Of a stretch of DNA of 64,000 nucleotides, positions 54,494 to 64,000 are shown in pieces. The position numbers were made by a program, and so were the translations under genes. The notes under the pieces were generated by a model. It worked only from the letters and a program-made list of their open reading frames with translations, was not told where the DNA came from and did not search any database. The stretch's first letter is position 1; every line of letters starts with the position of its first letter. Source of the stretch: Eledone cirrhosa (lineage: Eukaryota); NCBI GenBank assembly GCA_964016885.1, contig OZ024744.1, positions 93,620,001 through 93,684,000 on the forward strand, read 5' to 3'.

Positions 54494-55446
54494 ATGTATG
54501 TATGTATGTATATGTGTATGTATATATATCCTTTGACAGGTTTTGTTTTTAGTCCTGCAGGATGTCCAAAGTCACCCTCCTCACCAAGAAACCTTAGTGG
54601 GGTTGCCAGTTTAGTCGCCAACGACCCGACCATGGGACAGGTTGTACTGGAATACATGTTACCAGTAGCACCAAGTGGTGACCTGACTTAAGAGTCAATG
54701 GCCATCCAAAATCACCGGGAGAGATGACCTCTTAGCCTTTGTCAAGGCAGAATTCTAGGAGAAGGAAAACTCTGATATAACACCTGCAACCCTGATGGTA
54801 TCCAATGATGTTGACTTGTTCTTCTTTTTGGTAAATATCATCTTGGTTAAGAGAGTGGGACTGGCTTTGTGCAGTGCCTTTGCTCACTATAAAAGCTTCA
54901 CGGCACAGGCATTGCTTTATGTCTGGAGATCTCTCTGCACTTGTCGTCACATGGTACCATGGGCCTAGCACTATGTGTCAATAATTGTCACAAGTGTAGT
55001 GTTTGTACCAGAGTTTTCAAGTCGTTGGCTGGACTAAAGTCACATTCGTTCAGCGCATCGGTAGGAGTTCTCCTACATGGATATAAAGTAGTGGCCATAC
55101 TCGAAAACGAGTTGGCAGCCACCATGTATATATATGTGTGTGTGTATGTGTATGTAAATATATATATGTGTGTATGTGTATGTAAATATATATATGTGTA
55201 TATATGTGTGTATGTAAATATATATATGTGTATATGTGTGTGTATGTATATGTATATTTATATATATATATATAGGTGTGTGTATGTATGTATGTGTGTA
55301 TTTATGTATAATGTTATTGTATGTGTGTATATACATATGGGTTGAATGTGTGACATTATTGTAAAACTTGACACAAACAGTTATGTGTTTGTCTCTATTT
55401 CTAGAAATTAAACCCTCTCTGCTGACTCTTCACCAAAATCACTGTC

Positions 55447-56082
55447 ATGTCTCGTGCCATCTGCCGTGGGCAGTTTATTGTCTTTGAAGGCATCGATAGA
55501 TGTGGGAAAAGTACTCAGTGCCTGAACCTAAAACATGCTTTTGAGAAGGACAAGAAAAAGGTTATCTTACAGGAGTTTCCTAACCGTAAATCATTTACTG
55601 GATCTATAATCGATAAATATTTAAAGAAAGAAGCCAATTACCCTGATCAATTGATTCACCTGTTGTTTTCTGCTAATCGATGGGAATATATGGAAGAACT
55701 GAAAAAAGCCCTCTATAGTGGCACATCTGTTTTGGTGGACCGTTATGCTTTTTCAGGGGTTGCCTACTCAGCTGCCAAAGGGTCACTTTCGGTAAATTGG
55801 TGCCAAGCACCAGACAGTGGTCTCATCAAACCAGACTGCGTTTTCTTCTTGGATCTCAATCCTGAAATTGCAAATTGTCGAAGAGGTGCTGGCATCGAAC
55901 GCTATGAACAAGTTGAATTTCAGCAGAAAGTTCTGGAACAGTTTTTGAAGCTGAAAGACAATACTTGGAAAATTATTGATGCCAACCAACCAGAAGAAAA
56001 AGTGTTTGTCAATATTTATAAACATGCATTATCTCTTAATAATAATCAAGAATTGACTGAACTTTGGTTAACAGACTCTTAG
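55447..56082 (+). CDS. DTYMK: Thymidylate kinase (dTMP kinase), 211 aa, single coding exon
   Basis: P-loop FEGIDRCGKST, FPNR, HLLFSANRWE, DRYAFSGVAYS, ERYE; intact ORF; acceptor TTTCTAG| at 55404; AATAAA at 56441. Confidence 0.95.
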   Translation: MSRAICRGQFIVFEGIDRCGKSTQCLNLKHAFEKDKKKVILQEFPNRKSFTGSIIDKYLKKEANYPDQLIHLLFSANRWEYMEELKKALYSGTSVLVDRYAFSGVAYSAAKGSLSVNWCQAPDSGLIKPDCVFFLDLNPEIANCRRGAGIERYEQVEFQQKVLEQFLKLKDNTWKIIDANQPEEKVFVNIYKHALSLNNNQELTELWLTDS

Positions 56083-56500
56083 CAGTGTTAGTATTGGATT
56101 AGTTCTAGTGCCACCACAAAAAGCACCCAGTCTGCTCTATAAGGTGGTAGTACTGCTAATGCCATGACAAAAAGTACCCAGTCCACCCTGTAAAGTGGTT
56201 GGTGTTAAGAAGAAAATCAAACCCAAAACTGATGAGCAAAATGTGGTCACCTGACCTGTTTAACCTCATTATGTGACAACCCATCTAACTCATGAAAGAA
56301 TAGAAAATAGATGTTAAATGGTCATGGTGGTGGTGGTTGTGATGATGATGAAATTGGTTTGCAATATAAAGAATAATTAATTGTTAATCTGATATTTAAT
56401 CACCATCATCAGATTGTCTTAATACCTGTAATTAAAATTTAATAAATTGTACTAGGTCACTGGTTACAATTACGAAATTTCTTTGTTATTTTCATTTTAA

Positions 56501-56705
56501 ATCTTTAGCATTTACATTACTCTATATTTACTACTGTATTTTCATGGTAAAGGTTTTATCTCACATAATATTGAATCTAAGAGATTTGGATATTTATTTT
56601 GAGAACAATACCTTAATGTCAGTATGAGCGGCCAGTTAGGACCAGTTCGAACAGAAAGAGTTGAGAAAATTCTGGCTGGATACGGCTGGTTTAAATGCTA
56701 AAGGG
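56501..56705. mobile_element. piggyBac-like MITE
   Basis: TTAA-[AT]CTTTAGCATTTA ... TAAATGCTAAAGGG-TTAA; second copy starts TTAA-CCCTTTAGCATTTA at 63661. Confidence 0.75.
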
Positions 56706-56857
56706 TTAAATCTTTCTAGCCACAACTTTTCATGGTTTCATTCATATGAATTTTAGTCTTTGTTTCATTTTGAACTTGCCAATGGAAACAAAAAAAATAA
56801 TAATAATGTAGTGTTTGCTGTAAATATATTCAGTTAATGTGGTGCGGTAAATAAATA

Positions 56858-57205
56858 TATACACCAGGTCCGAACACAAAGGAACCAAACCCTCACAGTC
56901 ACTGCCTCCGTCTCTCTGGCTCTCCCCTTCTCTCATTATTGTGAGCAAATGGGGGCCCCACATGCTGGTTGCCCCGTAACGTTGGCAGACAGAAGAGAGA
57001 AGGCGTTTCCCTGGAGGATGGTGAGGGAGACGTGCTGGAAAAGCCATTCCAGCTCGCAGGGCTCACACCTGCAGGTAGTCAACTCTGTGCCGATGGTGGT
57101 TGGAGAGCTACCAATATTTGGAGAGTTTACCCTCTTCGGCCCAAAATACAGCAGAGCCTAGGTTAGTCACAGACTGCACCGGGTTGCCTCTGGAGAATGT
57201 GTCGC
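56858..57205 (-). mobile_element. CRE-derived 3' fragment
   Basis: Reverse-complement homology to 28780-29040 and to 40925-41223. Confidence 0.75.
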
Positions 57206-57828
57206 TGCTTTATTTATACAATTTGATTGAAATGTTAATAATTACTAATGAAGTGGTATAGTTAATATGAAGCATTGTGGGATATGTAATTAAGAATTAC
57301 TAATAAGTGTTTTATGTAAGGGTATTTGTTAAATCGTGTTCAAATCACAAGCTTAATAATTAGATATAAAAAGTTAGTTATATTACTAAATCTGAATTCT
57401 TGATTATTTTCAAAATTATTTGAAAATCATAGGCAGTGTCTTTCTTTAGAAATGTGGTAACAAAAGTGTTAAAGTGTTTATATTTATCAAAACTTCTTCT
57501 ATTATAACTTTTAGCAAGAACCTTTGTTTGATCTATTAAAATCTGTTATGAATATTTTGTATCTGTGGATTTTGTATCTGAGAGATTGAGAAACAAATAA
57601 TGGATTGCAGAGGATGATAAGAATAGAGCCAGTGATTAATGTTGTGAATAGAAATAGAAGCATGGAACAAACTACCTGCATCAGTTGTTAGCTGTCGAGA
57701 CACTGCATCCTTTAAAACCGCCATGCTTCCTGAAATTCACCAACTGATATCCCCCTCCATATTCACACACATACATCATGACTCATACACTGTTCACTTT
57801 CCTGACATTCTTACATTATTCTATGTAC

Positions 57829-58096
57829 GGTCGATAAAATAAAGTACCAGTAATGCACTGGGATAATTGCTGGCCTTGTGCCAAAAGTAGAAACAATTAT
57901 TCTATGTACGGTGGATTGGCAGAATCGGTAGAGGGTCGGACGCTGTGCTTTGGCGCATAGTTACGGCCCTTGCCATTCTGAGTTCAAATCCCGCCGAGGT
58001 TAACTTTGCCTTTCATCCTTACGGGGTTGATAAAATAAAGTACCAGTAATGCACTGGGTAATTGCTGGCCTTGTGCCAAATGTAGAAACAATTATT
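57829..58096 (+). mobile_element. Two tandem SINE B insertions (truncated and full length)
   Basis: Three copies of ATTATTCTATGTAC bracket the two inserts. Confidence 0.85.
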
Positions 58097-58169
58097 CTAT
58101 GTACTATACATGCACCTTTGATGAGTTGTAGTGCACCTGAGCACTGTACACAATAATTTCATTATTATT

Positions 58170-61100
58170 ATGAAATGGTTGGGTCATGTGTTGTGAGGAG
58201 AAACAGAATGAGATGGTTGGGTCATGTGTTCAGGAGGGATTAAAGTGTCTGGGTGGGAGGTATATTTGGAATAGGAGCCAGTGATGAATGTTGTGAAGTT
58301 GAGAGAAATGGAGTGAGATGGTTGGGGCATGTGTTGAGGAAGGATTGGAGTGAATGAGTGAAAGGAATATAACCAATGATATATGTTGTGAAGAGAAATG
58401 CAATGCGATGGTTGGGTCATGTGTTGAGGAAGGATGAAAGTGACTGGGTGAGAGGAATAAAGTCAGTGATGAATGTTGTGAAGGAAAATGGATTGAGATG
58501 GCTGGGCCTTGTGTGGAGGAAGGATGAAAGTGACTGAGAGGAATATAGCCAGTGATGGATGTTGTAAAGAGAAATGGAGTGAGATGGTTGAGTCATGTGT
58601 TGTGAAGAGAAATGGAACGAGATGGTTGGGTCATGTGTTGAGGAAGGGTGAAAGTGTCTGGGTGAGAGGAAGGATTGAAATAGGAGCCAATGGCAAATGG
58701 AGTGAGATGGTTGGGTCATGTGTTGAGGAAGGGTGAAAGTGAGTGGGTGAGAGGAAGGATTGAAATAGGAGCCAATGGCAAATGGAGTGAGATGGTTGGG
58801 TCATGTGTTGAGGAAGGATGAAAGTGTCTGGGTGAGAGGAAGGATTGAAATAGGAGCCAATGGCAAATGGAGTGAGATGGTTGGGTCATGTGTTGAGGAA
58901 GGGTGAAAGTGAGTGGGTGAGAGGAAGGATTGAAATAGGAGCCAATGGCAAATGGAGTGAGATGGTTGGGTCATGTGTTGAGGAAGGATGAAAGTGTCTG
59001 GGTGAGAGGAAGGATTGAAATAGGAGCCAATGGCAAATGGAGTGAGATGGTTGGGTCATGTGTTGAGGAAGGGTGAAAGTGAGTGGGTGAGAGGAAGGAT
59101 TGAAATAGGAGCCAATGGCAAATGGAGTGAGATGGTTGGGTCATGTGTTGAGGAAGGATGAAAGTGTCTGGGTGAGAGGAAGGATTGAAATAGGAGCCAA
59201 TGGCAAATGGAGTGAGATGGTTGGGTCATGTGTTGAGGAAGGGTGAAAGTGAGTGGGTGAGAGGAAGGATTGAAATAGGAGCCAATGGCAAATGGAGTGA
59301 GATGGTTGGGTCATGTGTTGAGGAAGGATGAAAGTGTCTGGGTGAGAGGAAGGATTGAAATAGGAGCCAATGGCAAATGGAGTGAGATGGTTGGGTCATG
59401 TGTTGAGGAAGGGTGAAAGTGAGTGGGTGAGAGGAAGGATTGAAATAGGAGCCAATGGCAAATGGAGTGAGATGGTTGGGTCATGTGTTGAGGAAGGGTG
59501 AAAGTGTCTGGGTGAGAGGAAGGATTGAAATAGGAGCCAATGGCAAATGGAGTGAGATGGTTGGGTCATGTGTTGAGGAAGGGTGAAAGTGAGTGGGTGA
59601 GAGGAAGGATTGAAATAGGAGCCAATGGCAAATGGAGTGAGATGGTTGGGTCATGTGTTGAGGAAGGGTGAAAGTGTCTGGGTGAGAGGAAGGATTGAAA
59701 TAGGAGCCAATGGCAAATGGAGTGAGATGGTTGGGTCATGTGTTGAGGAAGGGTGAAAGTGAGTGGGTGAGGGGAAGGATTGAAATAGGAGCCAATGGCA
59801 AATGGAGTGAGATGGTTGGGTCATGTGTTGAGGAAGGGTGAAAGTGACTGGGTGAGAGGAAGGATTGAAATAGGAGCCAATGGCAAATGGAGTGAGATGG
59901 TTGGGTCATGTGTTGAGGAAGGGTGAAAGTGTCTGGGTGAGAGGAAGGATTGAAATAGGAGCCAATGGCAAATGGAGTGAGATGGTTGGGTCATGTGTTG
60001 AGGAAGGATGAAAGTGTCTGGGTGAGGGGAAGGATTGAAATAGGAGCCAATGGCAAATGGAGTGAGATGGTTGGGTCATGTGTTGAGGAAGGGTGAAAGT
60101 GAGTGGGTGAGAGGAAGGATTGAAATAGGAGCCAATGGCAAATGGAGTGAGATGGTTGGGTCATGTGTTGAGGAAGGGTGAAAGTGAGTGGGTGAGGGGA
60201 AGGATTGAAATAGGAGCCAATGGCAAATGGAGTGAGATGGTTGGGTCATGTGTTGAGGAAGGATGAAAGTGAGTGGGTGAAGGGAAGGATTGAAATAGGA
60301 GCCAATGGCAAATGGAGTGAGATGGTTGGGTCATGTGTTGAGGAAGGATGAAAGTGAGTGGGTGAGGAAGGATTGAAATAGGAGCCAATGGCAAATGGAG
60401 TGAGATGGTTGGGTCATGTGTTGAGGAAGGGTGAAAGTGAGTGGGTGAGGGGAAGGATTGAAATAGGAGCCAATGGCAAATGGAGTGAGATGGTTAGGTC
60501 AGGTGTTGAGGAAGGATGAAAGTGTCTGGGTGAGAGGAAGGATTGAAATAGGAGCCAATGGCAAATGGAGTGAGATGGTTGGGTCATGTGTTGAGGAAGG
60601 ATGAAAGTGAGTGGGTGAGGGGAAGGATTGAAATAGGAGCCAATGGCAAATGGAGTGAGATGGTTGGGTCATGTGTTGAGGAAGGGTGAAAGTGAGTGGG
60701 TGAGAGGAAGGATTGAAATAGGAGCCAATGGCAAATGGAGTGAGATGGTTGGGTCATGTGTTGAGGAAGGATGAAAGTGTCTGGGTGAGAGGAAGGATTG
60801 AAATAGGAGCCAATGGCAAATGGAGTGAGATGGTTGGGTCATGTGTTGAGGAAGGGTGAAAGTGAGTGGGTGAGAGGAAGGATTGAAATAGGAGCCAATG
60901 GCAAATGGAGTGAGATGGTTGGGTCATGTGTTGAGGAAGGGTGAAAGTGTCTGGGTGAGAGGAAGGATTGAAATAGGAGCCAATGGCAAATGGAGTGAGA
61001 TGGTTGGGTCATGTGTTGAGGAAGGGTGAAAGTGAGTGGGTGAGAGGAAGGATTGAAATAGGAGCCAATGGCAAATGGAGTGAGATGGTTGGGTCATGTG

Positions 61101-63290
61101 TTGAGGAAGGATGAAAGTGTCTGGGTGAGAGGAAGGATTGAAATAGGAGCCAATGGCAAATGGAGTGAGATGGTTGGGTCATGTGTTGAGGAAGGGTGAA
61201 AGTGAGTGGGTGAGAGGAAGGATTGAAATAGGAGCCAATGGCAAATGGAGTGAGATGGTTGGGTCATGTGTTGAGGAAGGATGAAAGTGAGTGGGTGAGA
61301 GGAAGGATTGAAATAGGAGCCAATGGCAAATGGAGTGAGATGGTTGGGTCATGTGTTGAGGAAGGATGAAAGTGTCTGGGTGAGAGGAAGGATTGAAATA
61401 GGAGCCAATGGCAAATGGAGTGAGATGGTTGGGTCATGTGTTGAGGAAGGGTGAAAGTGAGTGGGTGAGAGGAAGGATTGAAATAGGAGCCAATGGCAAA
61501 TGGAGTGAGATGGTTGGGTCATGTGTTGAGGAAGGATGAAAGTGTCTGGGTGAGAGGAAGGATTGAAATAGGAGCCAATGGCAAATGGAGTGAGATGGTT
61601 GGGTCATGTGTTGAGGAAGGGTGAAAGTGAGTGGGTGAGAGGAAGGATTGAAATAGGAGCCAATGGCAAATGGAGTGAGATGGTTGGGTCATGTGTTGAG
61701 GAAGGATGAAAGTGTCTGGGTGAGAGGAAGGATTGAAATAGGAGCCAATGGCAAATGGAGTGAGATGGTTGGGTCATGTGTTGAGGAAGGGTGAAAGTGA
61801 GTGGGTGAGAGGAAGGATTGAAATAGGAGCCAATGGCAAATGGAGTGAGATGGTTGGGTCATGTGTTGAGGAAGGGTGAAAGTGAGTGGGTGAGAGGAAG
61901 GATTGAAATAGGAGCCAATGGCAAATGGAGTGAGATGGTTGGGTCATGTGTTGAGGAAGGGTGAAAGTGTCTGGGTGAGAGGAAGGATTGAAATAGGAGC
62001 CAATGGCAAATGGAGTGAGATGGTTGGGTCATGTGTTGAGGAAGGGTGAAAGTGAGTGGGTGAGGGGAAGGATTGAAATAGGAGCCAATGGCAAATGGAG
62101 TGAGATGGTTGGGTCATGTGTTGAGGAAGGGTGAAAGTGACTGGGTGAGAGGAAGGATTGAAATAGGAGCCAATGGCAAATGGAGTGAGATGGTTGGGTC
62201 ATGTGTTGAGGAAGGGTGAAAGTGTCTGGGTGAGAGGAAGGATTGAAATAGGAGCCAATGGCAAATGGAGTGAGATGGTTGGGTCATGTGTTGAGGAAGG
62301 ATGAAAGTGAGTGGGTGAGGGGAAGGATTGAAATAGGAGCCAATGGCAAATGGAGTGAGATGGTTGGGTCATGTGTTGAGGAAGGGTGAAAGTGAGTGGG
62401 TGAGAGGAAGGATTGAAATAGGAGCCAATGGCAAATGGAGTGAGATGGTTGGGTCATGTGTTGAGGAAGGGTGAAAGTGAGTGGGTGAGGGGAAGGATTG
62501 AAATAGGAGCCAATGGCAAATGGAGTGAGATGGTTGGGTCATGTGTTGAGGAAGGATGAAAGTGAGTGGGTGAGGGGAAGGATTGAAATAGGAGCCAATG
62601 GCAAATGGAGTGAGATGGTTGGGTCATGTGTTGAGGAAGGATGAAAGTGAGTGGGTGAGAGGAAGGATTGAAATAGGAGCCAATGGCAAATGGAGTGAGA
62701 TGGTTGGGTCATGTGTTGAGGAAGGGTGAAAGTGAGTGGGTGAGGGGAAGGATTGAAATAGGAGCCAATGGCAAATGGAGTGAGATGGTTGGGTCATGTG
62801 TTGAGGAAGGATGAAAGTGAGTGGGTGAGGGGAAGGATTGAAATAGGAGCCAATGGCAAATGGAGTGAGATGGTTGGGTCATGTGTTGAGGAAGGATGAA
62901 AGTGTCTGGGTGAGAGGAAGGATTGAAATAGGAGCCAATGGCAAATGGAGTGAGATGGTTGGGTCATGTGTTGAGGAAGGGTGAAAGTGAGTGGGTGAGG
63001 GGAAGGATTGAAATAGGAGCCAATGGCAAATGGAGTGAGATGGTTGGGTCATGTGTTGAGGAAGGGTGAAAGTGAGTGGGTGAGGGGAAGGATTGAAATA
63101 GGAGCCAATGGCAAATGGAGTGAGATGGTTAGGTCAGGTGTTGAGGAAGGATGAAAGTGTCTGGGTGAGATGTGTGATTTAAATAGGAGCCAATGATGGA
63201 TGCTGTGCAGAGAAATGGAGTGAGATGGTTGGGTCATGTGTTGAGGAAAGGTGGAAGTGACTGAGAGGAATAGAGCCAGTGATGAACTCC
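58170..63290. repeat. 85-bp satellite, ~54 homogeneous copies plus degenerate edges
   Basis: Unit GAGATGGTTGGGTCATGTGTTGAGGAAGG(G/A)TGAAAGTG(AG/TC)TGGGTGAGAGGAAGGATTGAAATAGGAGCCAATGGCAAATGGAGT. Confidence 0.97.
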
Positions 63291-63664
63291 ATTATGTAAT
63301 GATTTTTTTCCAATTTCCAACCGTTTTGAAGGCCATATTCTTTCAAAACATAAAATCAATAGAAAATATGAATTTCACTTTGAGTGTGTAATATTCAACT
63401 CCATAGTGAAACCTGTGTCATACTCACTTTCAAAGTGAAAATATTTTAGCACCTCATTTACATAGACTTTTGAAGTAGGTAAAAATTGGCAAAATGTTGA
63501 CCACAAATTTAATCCGACTCAACAATTTACCTTGATTTTTTTTTTTTTTCTTTCTTTCACACATTTCTCGGCTTACATACGTCTATATAGTGATTCCTTC
63601 TTGAATACACATGCATGAAGTTGTTATAGTAACCAATCTGCTTCATGCACATGCATTTCCTTAA

Positions 63665-63864
63665 CCCTTTAGCATTTACATTATACTATTGTATTTTCAT
63701 GGTAAACACTTTATCTCACATAATTATCTCATATAATATCGAGCCTATGAGATTTTGATATTACTTATTTTGAGAACAATACCTTAACATCAGTATGAGT
63801 GGCCAGTTACAGGTAATTTGAACAGAAAGAGGTGAGAGAATTCTGGTCAGTTACAGCTGGTTTA
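63665..63864. mobile_element. piggyBac-like MITE copy lacking the right TIR
   Basis: Homologous to 56501-56705. Confidence 0.65.
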
Positions 63865-64000
63865 ATATGATATCTGTAATTATACAAAATCAGTTCTGTA
63901 TGAGCAAGACACAGTCATCTGATCTAACTTGTCTTACAATGGGACAACTCATCTAACCCATGTTAGTGTGGAAAAATGGACACTAAACAGTGATGATGAT

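Noticed and set aside
58170-63290. CRISPR-like regular array
   Set aside because: Units are contiguous and near-identical with no unique spacers; eukaryotic context with no cas genes. The same applies to the 50-bp and 48-bp arrays.

Overview
Eukaryotic, AT-rich, repeat-dominated invertebrate DNA. The SINE/RTE/Penelope/(TA)n content resembles a cephalopod (Octopus-like) genome; this is an inference. Only one intact host gene is recognisable: a thymidylate kinase (DTYMK) with an uninterrupted CDS at 55447-56082 (+). The rest is nested mobile DNA. (1) A ~14.6-kb composite Helitron (5563-20134) made of head-to-tail non-autonomous units, a 5'-truncated Gypsy element and a degenerate Rep/Pif1 helicase. 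It sits at an A|T site inside the terminal repeat of a minus-strand Penelope-like element. (2) Two CRE-clade non-LTR retrotransposons plus short fragments, RTE and CR1 fragments, and several SINE families. (3) A ~9.9-kb TA/TG microsatellite spanning an assembly gap, and an 85-bp satellite that appears to derive from RTE ORF2. The most unusual signal is a set of short fold-back (palindromic) elements next to (TA)n tracts. They carry intact or half hammerhead-ribozyme cores and share a 3' motif. Coordinates were read by eye and may be off by a few bases.
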